NCBI GenBank assembly: GCA_016194865.1
Contig: JACQAT010000020.1
Span: forward strand, 12,902-76,901
Direction of reading: 5' to 3'
Source of the DNA: Chloroflexota bacterium
Lineage (GTDB): Bacteria; Chloroflexota; Limnocylindria; P2-11E
DNA length: 64,000 bases
Part shown: piece after piece, positions 28,800-39,696 of the stretch
Layout: each line of letters begins with the position of its first letter
Position numbering within the stretch: the first letter of the stretch is position 1
Notes under the pieces: generated by a model
Told to the model about the DNA's origin: nothing
What the model saw: only the letters and a program-made list of their open reading frames with translations
The model's database searches: none
Made by a program: the position numbers and the translations under genes

Positions 28800-29953
28800 T
28801 GCGCTTCCTCACGGCGGGTGAATCGCACGGTCCGGGCCTCGTCGCGCTCATCGATGGGGTGCCGGCGGGTCTTGCCATCGCGCCCGCCGACATCGACATC
28901 GACCTCCGGCGCCGGCAGCTCGGCTACGGCCGCGGCGGGCGCCAGAAGATCGAGCGAGACGCCGCGCGGATCACCAGCGGCATCCGGCACGGTCGCACGA
29001 CCGGAGCGCCGATCGCGCTGTGGATCGACAACCGCGACGCGGTCAACTGGGAGCGGGTCATGAGTGTCGTTCCGGTCGCCGAGCCGCCGGACGCGGTGAC
29101 GCGGCTCCGCCCCGGTCACGCTGATCTCGCGGCCGCGCTCAAGTACGACCTCGAAGACGTCCGCGACGTGATCGAGCGCGCCAGCGCGCGCGAGACCGCC
29201 GCGCGCGTCGCGGCCGGCGCGGTCGCGAAGGTGCTGCTGCGCGCGATCGGCGCGGAGGTGTTCAGCGAGACCGAGGCGATCGGCGACGTGGCATCCGTGC
29301 CGACGTTCGACCGCGAGCGCGTCGAGGCGAGCGAGGTGCGCTGCAGCGACACGGCCGCCGCCGCGCGGATGGTCGCGGCCATCACCGCGGCGCGCGAGGC
29401 CGGGGACACCCTCGGCGGCATCGTCGCGGTGCGCGCCGGCGGCATCCCGGCCGGGCTCGGCTCCCACACCCAGTGGGACCGGAAGATCGACGGCCGGATC
29501 GCGCAGGCGCTCATGTCGATCCAGGCGGCGAAGGGCGTGATGTTCGCCGACGCCTTCGACGCGGCCCACGAGCGCGGGAGCAGGGTGCATGACCCCATCG
29601 CGGTCAAGGACACGCGCTTCGTGCGATCGCGCAATCGCGCGGGTGGCCTGGAGGGCGGCGTGACGAACGGCGAGGACGTGGTCGTGCGCGTGGCGTTCAA
29701 GCCGATCTCGACGCTCATGGACCCGCTCCCGTCGGCGGACCTCAAGACGGGCGCGCCGGCGCCCGCGCACGTCGAGCGGTCCGATGTCTGCGTGATCCCC
29801 GCCGCCGGCGTGGTGGCGGAAGCGATGCTCGCGCTCGTCCTCGCGGACGCGCTGTGCGAGAAATTCGGCGGCGATGTCGCCGCCGATCTCGTGGCGGCGG
29901 TCGAGCGCTATCGCACGCGGCTGCACCCCATCGACCAGCGCCCGGGGAAGTAG
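28799..29953 (+). CDS. aroC: Chorismate synthase
   Basis: ATG at 28799 overlaps the aroE TGA. MRFLTAGESHGPGL and RPGHAD motifs. Confidence 0.95.
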   Translation: MRFLTAGESHGPGLVALIDGVPAGLAIAPADIDIDLRRRQLGYGRGGRQKIERDAARITSGIRHGRTTGAPIALWIDNRDAVNWERVMSVVPVAEPPDAVTRLRPGHADLAAALKYDLEDVRDVIERASARETAARVAAGAVAKVLLRAIGAEVFSETEAIGDVASVPTFDRERVEASEVRCSDTAAAARMVAAITAAREAGDTLGGIVAVRAGGIPAGLGSHTQWDRKIDGRIAQALMSIQAAKGVMFADAFDAAHERGSRVHDPIAVKDTRFVRSRNRAGGLEGGVTNGEDVVVRVAFKPISTLMDPLPSADLKTGAPAPAHVERSDVCVIPAAGVVAEAMLALVLADALCEKFGGDVAADLVAAVERYRTRLHPIDQRPGK

Positions 29954-31543
29954 GTGCACATCTTCCTCGTCGGGCCGCCGGGGATCGGGAAGTCCACCGT
30001 CGCTCCGCTGCTCCAGCGCGCGCTCGGCGCGGCGGCCACGCTCGATCTGGACGACGCGATCGAAAAGCGCGCTGGCCTCAGCCCGAAGACGCTGATCGAG
30101 CGCCACGGGTGGGAGCGTTTCCGTGATGTCGAGAGCGAATGCCTGCACGCGCTCGCGTCCACGCCGGCCTGGGTCGTCGTCGCGACCGGCGGAGGCGTGG
30201 TGGAGCGCGCCGCGAATCGCGCGCGGATGCGCGAGCTGGGTCCGCTGATCGGGTTGAAGGGCTCGCTCGCGACGGTCGTCCGCGGGATCACCGAGACGAT
30301 GGGAAAGCGACCGTTCGCCGACATCACGCCGCGGCGGCGCGCCGCGGACACGCTCCGCCGTCGTGCCGCCGCGTACCGCGACGTCGACGCGAGCTTCGCG
30401 GTGGATCGCCGGACGCCGCAGCACATCGCGGCGGAGATCGCGGCGTGGCTCATCAGCGCTCACGGCGTGCGGATCGACGTCGGCGGCACCCACCCGTATC
30501 CCGTCCTCATCCGCGCCGGCCTGCTCGACCACGTCGGGCCGCACCTGAGCGACCTTGGCTGGAGCGGGAAGGTCGCGGTCGTGTGCGACGCGACCATCGC
30601 CAGGCGCGCGGCGCCGGCCGTCACCCGCTCGCTCGAGCGCAGCGGGCTCGACGTGACGATCGTGCGCGTCCCCACGGGCGAGCGCGCGAAGACCGCGAAC
30701 GCGCTGCGCCGGCTGTGGTCGGAGCTCGCGGCCGCGAAGCTGGGGCGCGACTCCGCGATCGTGGCGCTCGGCGGCGGCGCGGTCGGCGACCTCGCCGGCT
30801 TCGCGGCAGCCACGTATCTCCGCGGGATCCGCGTCGCGCAGGTCCCCACGACGCTGCTGGCGATGGTCGACTCGTCGATCGGTGGAAAGACCGGGATCGA
30901 CCTACCCGAGGGGAAGAACCTGGCCGGCGCGTTCCACCCGCCCGACGCGGTGCTCGCGGACCCGAGCGTGCTCGCCACGCTGCCGGCGCGGCAGGTGTCG
31001 TCCGGGCTGGCCGAGGTGGTGAAGTCCGCGTTCCTCGCCGACCGCGCGTCGGTCTCGCAGCTGCGGTCGTCGCTGCCGCGCGTTCGTGCTGGCGACCTCG
31101 GGCCCACGGTCGCCTCGATCGCGCTCGCCGCGCAGGTGAAGGCCGATGTCGTCTCGAGCGACGAGCGCGAGAAGGGCCTTCGCGAGGTGCTGAACTACGG
31201 CCACACGATGGGCCACGCGTACGAGTCCGCGAGCGGCTACCGCGTCACGCACGGCGAGGCGGTCTCGATCGGCCTCGTGTTCGCGACCGCGCTCGCGGAG
31301 GCGCTGAGGCTGTGCCCGCGCACCCTGCGCGCTGACCTCGAGGAGCTCCTCGTGGCCGCGGGCCTGCCGATCCGAGCGCGGCTCCCGGCGAAGGCGTGGT
31401 CTCTGCTCGCCGTCGACAAGAAGGTGCGGGCCGGCACCGTGCGCTGGATACTTCCGAGACGCGTGGGACGGCTCAGCGAAGTGCGGGATGTTCCCGCCGG
31501 TGCCCTGCGCGCGGCCGCGCGCGTGGTGGAGGGCCCGAAATGA
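29954..31543 (+). CDS. aroKB: Bifunctional shikimate kinase / 3-dehydroquinate synthase (fusion)
   Basis: 529 aa. The N-terminal ~165 aa carry a P-loop (GPPGIGKST) and an AroK core (ATGGGVV). The C-terminal ~360 aa are AroB (GGGAVGDLAGFAAATYLRGI, NYGHT.GHA). Confidence 0.85.
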   Translation: MHIFLVGPPGIGKSTVAPLLQRALGAAATLDLDDAIEKRAGLSPKTLIERHGWERFRDVESECLHALASTPAWVVVATGGGVVERAANRARMRELGPLIGLKGSLATVVRGITETMGKRPFADITPRRRAADTLRRRAAAYRDVDASFAVDRRTPQHIAAEIAAWLISAHGVRIDVGGTHPYPVLIRAGLLDHVGPHLSDLGWSGKVAVVCDATIARRAAPAVTRSLERSGLDVTIVRVPTGERAKTANALRRLWSELAAAKLGRDSAIVALGGGAVGDLAGFAAATYLRGIRVAQVPTTLLAMVDSSIGGKTGIDLPEGKNLAGAFHPPDAVLADPSVLATLPARQVSSGLAEVVKSAFLADRASVSQLRSSLPRVRAGDLGPTVASIALAAQVKADVVSSDEREKGLREVLNYGHTMGHAYESASGYRVTHGEAVSIGLVFATALAEALRLCPRTLRADLEELLVAAGLPIRARLPAKAWSLLAVDKKVRAGTVRWILPRRVGRLSEVRDVPAGALRAAARVVEGPK

Positions 31544-31986
31544 GCGTGATCCTGTTGGTGAACGGGCCGAATCTGAACACCCTCGGCACGCGGCAACCGG
31601 AGATCTACGGCACGACGACGCTGCGCGAGATCGCCGACCGCCTGCGCGCGACCGTGCAGGAGCGCGGCGGGTCGCTGCGCGACCATCAGTCGAATCACGA
31701 GGGCGCGCTCATCGACTTCCTGCAGCAGCAAAGCGGCGCGAGCGGTGCCATCATCAACCCTGGCGGCCTCGCCCACACCTCGATCGTGCTTCGCGACGCG
31801 GTGGCCGCCTGCAAATTCCCCGTGGTCGAGGTCCACATCACCGACATCACGAAGCGAGAGGCGTTCCGTCACCACAGCTATCTCACGGAGGTCACCGTCC
31901 ACCAGGTGATCGGCAAGGGCGTCGCCGGATACGACGAGGCGCTGGCCTGGCTGCTGGAGCGGGTCGACATGCGCGAGCCGGAATAG
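31540..31986 (+). CDS. aroQ: Type II 3-dehydroquinate dehydratase
   Basis: ATGA overlap at 31540. LLVNGPNLNTLGTRQPEIYG, HQSNHEG and INPGGLAHTS motifs. Confidence 0.95.
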   Translation: MSVILLVNGPNLNTLGTRQPEIYGTTTLREIADRLRATVQERGGSLRDHQSNHEGALIDFLQQQSGASGAIINPGGLAHTSIVLRDAVAACKFPVVEVHITDITKREAFRHHSYLTEVTVHQVIGKGVAGYDEALAWLLERVDMREPE

Positions 31987-31995
31987 AGGGGATCC

Positions 31996-32553
31996 ATGAT
32001 CAGCACAGGGGACATCAAGCGGGGCATCACGATCGAGATGGACGGCACGCTCTATCAGATCGTCGAGTTCCAGCACATCAAGATGGGACGCGGCAGCGCG
32101 CAGGTGCGGATGAAGCTGCGCAACGTGCGCCGCGGCGACCTCATCGAGAAGACGGTCCAGGCGGGGGAGCGGTTCACGCGCGCGCGGCTGGACCATCGCA
32201 ACGTGCAGTTCATGTACAAGGACGGCACGCACTATCACTTCATGGACACGGCGACGTTCGACCAGATCGCGCTCGATGCGGATCAGCTCGGCGACGCGGT
32301 GAACTACCTGACCGACGGCATGGTGGTCCAGCTCAACGAGTACGAGGGGGACCCGATCGGCGTCGACATGCCCGCGTCGATCGTCCTGAAAGTGACCGAG
32401 GTCGAGTTCGGTATCAAGGGCGACACGGCGACCGGCGCGACCAAGCCCGCGATCCTCGAATCGGGCCTGCGGGTCCTCGTGCCGCTCTTCATCAACCAGG
32501 GCGACAAGATCAAGGTCGACACCAGGAGCGGTGAGTACCTCGAGCGGGCCTGA
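31996..32553 (+). CDS. efp: Elongation factor P
   Basis: 185 aa. GDIKRG...VEFQHIKMGRGSA motif. GAGGGG SD. Confidence 0.95.
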   Translation: MISTGDIKRGITIEMDGTLYQIVEFQHIKMGRGSAQVRMKLRNVRRGDLIEKTVQAGERFTRARLDHRNVQFMYKDGTHYHFMDTATFDQIALDADQLGDAVNYLTDGMVVQLNEYEGDPIGVDMPASIVLKVTEVEFGIKGDTATGATKPAILESGLRVLVPLFINQGDKIKVDTRSGEYLERA

Positions 32554-33757
32554 GCGCGTCCTCGGCGTCGGGAAGCTCGTCGTCCGGCTCGCGGAGCGCA
32601 TCCAGACCACCGACGAGTTCAAGGACCTGTGGGTCGAGGGTGAGGTCGCGGAGACCACGAGCTCGTCCGCGGGGCACAGCTACTTCACGCTGAAGGACAA
32701 CCTCGGTGCGCTGCGCTGCGTCATGTTCGCCACCCAGGCGCAGCGCGTCGCGCTCGTCCCGCGCAAGGGGACGCGTCTGGTCGCGCACGGATACGTCGAG
32801 GTCTATCCGTCGAGCGGCGCCTGCCAGCTCAGGGTCGACGACCTGCGTCCGGCGGGGCTCGGCGAGGCCTACCTGCGGCTCGAGGCGTTGCGCCGGCGAC
32901 TCGAGGCCGAAGGGCTCTTCCGCGCCGACCGCAAGCGCCCGTTCCCCGCATCGCCGCGCCGTGTCGGCGTCGTGACCAGCCCGACCGGCGCCGCATGGCA
33001 CGACATCCAGACCGTCGTCGCGCGCCGCGACGCCCGCGTCGAGCTCGTGTTCGCGCCGGCGGTGGTCCAGGGGCCGACCGCGGTCGAGTCGATGATCGCC
33101 GCGCTCGATGGGCTCGCGCAGCTCCGCGACCTCGATGCGGTCATCCTGGCGCGCGGTGGCGGCGCGAGCGAAGAGCTGTTCCCGTTCAACGACGAGGCGC
33201 TCGTCCGCGCGATCGCGCGCTTCCCGAAGCCGGTCTGCTCGGGCGTGGGCCACGAGTCCGACACGACGCTCGCCGATCACGTCGCCGACATGCGTGCGCC
33301 GACGCCGTCGGTCGCGGCTGAGCTCGTCGTCCCCGACGCGTCGCAGACGGTGCGCGCGGCCGACAAGCTGAAGCGGCGCATCGACGCGCGGGTCCACGAG
33401 ATCGTCGCGCAGCGCCGTGCGCGAGCGCTGCAGGCGCAGCGTCGGATCATCAGGCGGGCGCCGGCCGCGCGCGTCGCAGCGCTGCGGCAGGCCTTCGACG
33501 AGACGAAGCGGCGCGCCGATCGGGCCGTCGTGCGGCTCGTTCCGGCCACGCGCGCGCGCGCGGAGCAGCTGCGGAAGCGCCTTGACGGGTTGTCGCCTCT
33601 CGCCGTGCTCGGCCGTGGCTACGCGATCGTCGAGGGCGCCGACGGGCACGTGCGAACGGACGCTCGCTCGCTCGCTCCCGGCGAACGAGCGCGGCTGAGG
33701 ATGCGCGACGGGCGAGCGGGGATCACCGTGACGGAGGTGCCGGGTGGCCAGGTCTGA
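32531..33757 (+). CDS. xseA: Exodeoxyribonuclease VII large subunit
   Basis: 408 aa. OB-fold N-terminus (WVEGEV...SGHSYFTLKD) and the catalytic region GVVTSPTGAA..RGGG. Confidence 0.9.
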   Translation: MSTSSGPERVLGVGKLVVRLAERIQTTDEFKDLWVEGEVAETTSSSAGHSYFTLKDNLGALRCVMFATQAQRVALVPRKGTRLVAHGYVEVYPSSGACQLRVDDLRPAGLGEAYLRLEALRRRLEAEGLFRADRKRPFPASPRRVGVVTSPTGAAWHDIQTVVARRDARVELVFAPAVVQGPTAVESMIAALDGLAQLRDLDAVILARGGGASEELFPFNDEALVRAIARFPKPVCSGVGHESDTTLADHVADMRAPTPSVAAELVVPDASQTVRAADKLKRRIDARVHEIVAQRRARALQAQRRIIRRAPAARVAALRQAFDETKRRADRAVVRLVPATRARAEQLRKRLDGLSPLAVLGRGYAIVEGADGHVRTDARSLAPGERARLRMRDGRAGITVTEVPGGQV

Positions 33758-33965
33758 AGAGCGATCGATCGAGGAAGCCCTCGAGCGGCTGGAGACGATC
33801 GCGGAGAAGCTCGAGGATCCCGCGCTCGACCTGGACGAGGCCGTTCGCCTGTACGAGGAGGGCCTGAAGCTCTACGGCGAATGCGCGAAGCGCCTCGATG
33901 CGGCGGACCTGCGCATCACGCAGCTCGCCGAAGCGCTCGCCAAGCAAGCGGGACGGGCGACGTGA
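33744..33965 (+). CDS. xseB: Exodeoxyribonuclease VII small subunit
   Basis: 73 aa. IEEALERLETIAEKLEDPALDLDEAVRLYEEGLKLYGEC matches the family. Confidence 0.9.
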   Translation: MARSEERSIEEALERLETIAEKLEDPALDLDEAVRLYEEGLKLYGECAKRLDAADLRITQLAEALAKQAGRAT

Positions 33966-34094
33966 GCACCGCCTGATCGCTCGCAGCGACGCGACTGCAA
34001 CCTCACGGGGGAGATACAGCGGGGTGACGGACCTGTAACGTCGCTCGCGTCCGGACGTTGACCCGGACGAGAACGACGAAGGAGTCAGGTCCTT

Positions 34095-34979
34095 TTGCGA
34101 CATTTTACCAGCCTTCTCATTGGTCTCGCCTTCGCTGCCGCGGCGCTCGCCGTGCCTGCCGCCGGCGCGACGCTCGACTCCGGCGAGGCCGACCTCCTGA
34201 CCCAGGTGAACGCGTTCCGGGCCGCCAACGGCCTTCCGACGCTCGTGGTCTCCGACACGCTGACGAACGCCGCCAAGTGGATGGCGACCGACATGTCCGT
34301 GAAGGACTACTTCTCGCACACCTCGCTCGACGGGCGCACTCCGACGCAGCGGATGGCCGACGCGGGCTACCCGGCGTTCCAGAACTGGGCGGGCGAGGAT
34401 CTCGCCGCCGGCTACACGAGCGCGAAGGACGTCCTGGGCGGCTGGATCAACAGCCCCGCGCATCTCGCGGTGCTGAAGAATCCCGAATACCACGCGATCG
34501 GCATCGGCCGCGCCTACAGCGCCGGCTCGCAGTGGAAGTGGTACTGGGCCGCGGACTTCGGCGGCGCGATCGACAGGGCGACGACGGCCTCGGCCTTCGA
34601 CCTCGGCTACCACAGCAGCTTCTCCGCGCAGAGCCCCGACCCGACGCTCGCCCCCGGCCAGACGACCACGCTGGTGCTCGCGCTGAACAACACCGGCTAC
34701 CGCGGCTGGTACGCGGGCTCTCCGGGACAGTCCGCGTTCATCGGCACCGCGGATCCTCTTGATGGACCGCGCACGGATGTCGCGAGCGGCTGGCTCTCGC
34801 TGAACCGTCCCGCCACGACGACGACGGCGTATGTCGGGCCGGGTCAGACGGGCTGGTTCTCGTTCGCGATCAAGGCGCCCTCGACGCCGGGCACCTACCG
34901 ACTCTCGGTTCGTGGCGTGATCGACGGTGTCACGTGGCTCGAGGACGCGGGCGTGTACTGGACGATCACCGTCCGCTAG
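34095..34979 (+). CDS. Secreted CAP/SCP (YkwD-like) domain protein with a C-terminal Ig-like (NBR1-type) module
   Basis: GAAGGAG SD with a TTG start and a signal peptide. The CAP core runs LLTQVNAFRAANGLP...GENLA-like...GWINSPAHLAVL. The C-terminus PGQTGWFSFAIKAPSTPGTYRLSVRGVIDGVTWLED has a paralogue at 60042..61313. Confidence 0.75.
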   Translation: MRHFTSLLIGLAFAAAALAVPAAGATLDSGEADLLTQVNAFRAANGLPTLVVSDTLTNAAKWMATDMSVKDYFSHTSLDGRTPTQRMADAGYPAFQNWAGEDLAAGYTSAKDVLGGWINSPAHLAVLKNPEYHAIGIGRAYSAGSQWKWYWAADFGGAIDRATTASAFDLGYHSSFSAQSPDPTLAPGQTTTLVLALNNTGYRGWYAGSPGQSAFIGTADPLDGPRTDVASGWLSLNRPATTTTAYVGPGQTGWFSFAIKAPSTPGTYRLSVRGVIDGVTWLEDAGVYWTITVR

Positions 34980-35822
34980 CTACGCGCGATGCTTCCTGAG
35001 GAACGGCTCCAGCGCCTCGAGGAAGGGCTCGGGTCGCGTGCCGTGGATCCGATGGCTCACACCCGGGAAGCGCACGACGGTCACGTCGCCTGAGGCGGCG
35101 AGCTTCTCGTCCTCGCCCTCGGCGAGCGCCGTCTGCTTCGGATCCGCCGTCAGCAGCAGCGTCGGCACCTTCAGCGTCGCGCCCGCCAGCAGCTTCGCGC
35201 CCTCCTTGTCCTTCTGGAACCCGTCGGCGAACCGCCTGTCGACGTCGGCGAAGTACATCGCCATGCGTTCGGGGCTGTAGAACCCGCGCACCTCGCCGAC
35301 CGTTCGCTCGCCCTTCGGTCCCGGAGCCGGTAGGTGGAGGCGCGCGACGGCCGCCTTCAGCGCGGCGGGATCGCCCTGCTTCTCGAGGATCGCGCTGAGC
35401 GCCCTGTAGTAGTCGAGGCGCCAGCTCCCGTACTGCGCGAGCAGCGGGTCCTCGAGGATCAGCGCCTTGAAGCGCTCGGGCGCGTTGGACTGCAACGCGT
35501 AGGCGGCCGCGCCGCCGACCGAATGGCCGATGACGATCGCGGGGGCAGCGGCGACGTCGAGGATGCGGCCGAGGTCCTCGATGAGCGCCCGGAGGCCGTA
35601 CTCCGTCGCGCGACCGCTCTTGCCGTGACCGCGCGCGTCGTAGGCGACGACCCGGTAGCGCGTGGCGAGGCGGGGAAAGACGTTCTCCCAGTCCTCAGAC
35701 CGCAGCGTGGCGCCATGGAGGAGCACGATGGGCGCCTCGCCGGCCGTCCCGCCGCCCGAGTCGTAGTGCGCGAGCTTCGGCTCTCCCTTGAGCGTGCGGG
35801 CGCGCGGGAGACGCTTCGGCAC
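34980..35822 (-). CDS. Alpha/beta-fold hydrolase
   Basis: 280 aa with a GTG start. HG oxyanion motif (VLLHGAT), nucleophile elbow GHSVGG, and C-terminal His. Confidence 0.85.
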   Translation of the reverse strand: MPKRLPRARTLKGEPKLAHYDSGGGTAGEAPIVLLHGATLRSEDWENVFPRLATRYRVVAYDARGHGKSGRATEYGLRALIEDLGRILDVAAAPAIVIGHSVGGAAAYALQSNAPERFKALILEDPLLAQYGSWRLDYYRALSAILEKQGDPAALKAAVARLHLPAPGPKGERTVGEVRGFYSPERMAMYFADVDRRFADGFQKDKEGAKLLAGATLKVPTLLLTADPKQTALAEGEDEKLAASGDVTVVRFPGVSHRIHGTRPEPFLEALEPFLRKHRA

Positions 35823-35828
35823 GTGATG

Positions 35829-35834
35829 AGTCTA
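35829..35834 (-). promoter_or_regulatory. -10-like hexamer TAGACT, 6 nt upstream of the hydrolase GTG (leaderless geometry)
   Basis: The minus strand reads TAGACT-CATCAC-GTG. Confidence 0.4.
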
Positions 35835-35852
35835 GATACGATGACCTCCGTC

Positions 35853-36650
35853 ATGGCACCGACGACCGGCCGGCGTACGCGGCGCCTCGATCTGCTCCTG
35901 GTCGCGCGTGAGCTCGTCCCGAGCCGCGAGAAGGCCCAGGCGCTGATCCTCGCGGGCGTCGTCCGCGTCGACGGCGAGGTCGTTCATCGCGCTGCGGAGC
36001 CGGTCTCGGAGGACGCGGTCATCGCGCTCGACCGCGGGCCGCGCTTCGTGTCGCGCGGTGGCGAGAAGCTCGAGGCCGCGCTCGCCGAGCTGCGGATCGA
36101 CGTGACCGGACGGCTCGCGCTCGATGTCGGCTCGTCCACCGGCGGCTTCACCGACGCGTTGCTGCAGCGGGGCGCCCGTCACGTCTATGCCATCGATGTC
36201 GGGAAGGGTCAGCTCGACTGGTCGCTGCGGAACGATCCGCGCGTCACGGTCATGGAGGGCGTGAACGCGCGCCTCGGCTTCACCCTTCCCGAGCAGGTGG
36301 ATCTGCTCGTCGCGGACCTCTCCTTCATCTCGTTGCGCGTCGCGCTTCCGCCGGCCTTCGCGCACCTCAAGGCGGACGGCGAGATCGTCGCGCTGGTGAA
36401 GCCGCAATTCGAGGCCGGGCGCGAGGCGGTGGGCCGCGGGGGCATCGTCCGCGACGTCAGCGCGCGGGCCGCGTCGGTCGTCGCGGTCGCGGAGCGATTC
36501 GTCGCGGAGGGTCTGGGCGTCGTCGCGATCGTCCGCTCGCGGCTCGAGGGCCGCGAAGGGAACCGCGAGATCTTCATCCACGCGCGCTACGGCGATGCCG
36601 GCATGCCGCCCGGCCGGATCAAGGAAGCCGCGGCCGAGGCGAGCGCATGA
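35853..36650 (+). CDS. tlyA: TlyA-family rRNA (cytidine-2'-O)-methyltransferase
   Basis: S4 domain RLDLLLVARELVPSREKAQALILAG.V.VDG followed by an FtsJ-like SAM fold (DVGSSTGGFTD). ATG 35826 and 35841 are alternative starts. Confidence 0.85.
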   Translation: MAPTTGRRTRRLDLLLVARELVPSREKAQALILAGVVRVDGEVVHRAAEPVSEDAVIALDRGPRFVSRGGEKLEAALAELRIDVTGRLALDVGSSTGGFTDALLQRGARHVYAIDVGKGQLDWSLRNDPRVTVMEGVNARLGFTLPEQVDLLVADLSFISLRVALPPAFAHLKADGEIVALVKPQFEAGREAVGRGGIVRDVSARAASVVAVAERFVAEGLGVVAIVRSRLEGREGNREIFIHARYGDAGMPPGRIKEAAAEASA

Positions 36651-37477
36651 AGTACGCGATCGCCGTCCGGCCCGATTACCCGAGGGCCGCCGCCGCCGCC
36701 AGCGCCGCCGCGGCACGCATGCGCGCGCGCGGCGACGACGTGGTGGAAGTGCAGCTCGACTCGCCCACGCTCGCCGCGGACGTTGCCGGCGCGCAGGTCG
36801 CGTGCGTCTTCGGCGGCGACGGCACGATGCTGCGCGCGGCGCGCGCCTTCGCTCCGCTCGGGCTCGCGCTGCTCGGTGTGAACATGGGCCGGCTCGGCTT
36901 CCTCACGACGACGCCGAGCGAGCAGCTCGATGCCGTCATCGCCGAGGTGTCACAGGGCCGCTACTCCTGCGAGGACCGCTCGCTCGTGCATGCCCGTTTG
37001 CGTCGCGACGGGCGTGAGGTCGTGCACGTGAACGCGCTCAACGACGTCGTCGTCGCGCGTGGCCAGCTCGTGCGCTCGATCCACATCGAGGTGCGCATCG
37101 ACGACGCGCCGTTCACCGTCTACTGGGCCGACGGCCTCGTCGTCGCCACGGCCACGGGCTCGACGGCCTACGGCTTCTCCGTCGGTGGGCCGATCATCCT
37201 GCCGCACTCCGACGCGGTCATGATCGTCCCGATCGCCCCGCACCTGTCGTTCCGCAATGCCGTCGTGCTCGAGGGCGATCAACGCATCGACCTGCGGATC
37301 CTCGACGAGCCCGCGCGTCTCTCGCTCGACGGCCAGGAGGAGCACGACCTTCACGTCGGCGACGTCATCGACGTGCGGCGCAGCGCGACGGTCGCCCGCT
37401 TCGTGCGCACCGCGGGCATGCGTCCGTTCCTCGAGCTGCTGCGCACGAAGATCTTGAAAGAGGACGGTGGCCTCTGA
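36647..37477 (+). CDS. nadK: NAD kinase
   Basis: ATGA overlap at 36647. GGDGTMLRAAR and ATGSTAY motifs. Confidence 0.9.
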   Translation: MKYAIAVRPDYPRAAAAASAAAARMRARGDDVVEVQLDSPTLAADVAGAQVACVFGGDGTMLRAARAFAPLGLALLGVNMGRLGFLTTTPSEQLDAVIAEVSQGRYSCEDRSLVHARLRRDGREVVHVNALNDVVVARGQLVRSIHIEVRIDDAPFTVYWADGLVVATATGSTAYGFSVGGPIILPHSDAVMIVPIAPHLSFRNAVVLEGDQRIDLRILDEPARLSLDGQEEHDLHVGDVIDVRRSATVARFVRTAGMRPFLELLRTKILKEDGGL

Positions 37478-37505
37478 TGGTCCTGAGAGGGGTGGGCGGC
37501 AGGTG

Positions 37506-38308
37506 ATGACCATAAGAACTGGTCCCGCGGTCGCGGCGATCCGGGCGCGCACCAAGCGCGTGCCGTCGGTCGCGATCGTCCTCGGCTCGGGCCTGGGCGC
37601 GCTCGCGACCGAGGTCGCCGACGCGACGCGCATCCCGTACGGGGACATCCCCGGGTGGCAGAAGAGCACCGTCCCGGGGCACGCGGGCCAGCTGGTCGTG
37701 GGGACGCTCTCCGGCAAGGACGTGGCTGTCATGCAGGGCCGCCTCCACTACTACGAGGGCTACGACATGGACGCCGTGACGTTCCCGCTCCGTGTCTTCA
37801 AGGCGTGGGGCATCGAGACGATCATCCTCACCAACGCCTGCGGCGGTCTGAACCCCGCGTTCAGCGCCGGTGACCTGATGGTCATCTCCGACCACATCAA
37901 TCACATGCCGGCGAATCCGCTGCGCGGCCCGAACGACGACGCCCTTGGCCCGCGCTTCCCCGACATGGTCGGCACGTACTCGGAGGAGCTCCGGACGCTC
38001 GCGCACAGCGTCGATCGCGACCTGCGCGAGGGGGTCTACGTGGCCGTGCCCGGTCCGAACTTCGAGACGCCGGCCGAGCTGCGGATGCTGCGTGGCTTCG
38101 GCGCCGATGCCGTCGGGATGAGCACCGTACCGGAGGTGCTCGTCGCGCGGCACATGGGCATGCGCATCCTCGCCATCGCCACGGTGACCGACATGGCGAC
38201 CGGCATCCCCGGGCAGATCGAGCACGTGCACCACGAGGACGTGCTCGCGGTGGCCGATCGCGCCGGCAAGCGGCTGGGCGAGGTCATCAAGGGCGTCGTC
38301 GCGAAGCT

Positions 38309-38312
<4 letters not shown>
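37506..38312 (+). CDS. punA: Purine nucleoside phosphorylase (PNP/MTAP trimeric family)
   Basis: VAIVLGSGLG, STVPGHAG, GRLHYYEG, TNACGGLNP, GPNFETPAE and GADAVGMSTVPE motifs. Confidence 0.9.
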
Positions 38313-39610
<1,298 letters not shown>

Positions 39611-39612
39611 GT

Positions 39613-39643
39613 GGTCACAGCACCGCTCCGCGGTGCCGTGACC
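39613..39643 (+). terminator. Likely intrinsic terminator after deoA
   Basis: GGTCAC-A-GCACCGC-TCC-GCGGTGC-C-GTGACC forms 13 bp of stem with one mismatch and a 3-nt loop. It starts 3 nt after the stop and is followed by the T-rich tract GTCCTTCTTCTTC. Confidence 0.5.
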
Positions 39644-39684
39644 GTCCTTCTTCTTCGCCTGCGGCTCCGTAGGAGAGCCGTCTC

Positions 39685-39690
39685 TAGACT
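39685..39690 (+). promoter_or_regulatory. -10-like hexamer TAGACT, 6 nt upstream of the M50 protease GTG (leaderless geometry)
   Basis: TAGACT-CTCTTC-GTG. Confidence 0.4.
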
Positions 39691-39696
39691 CTCTTC

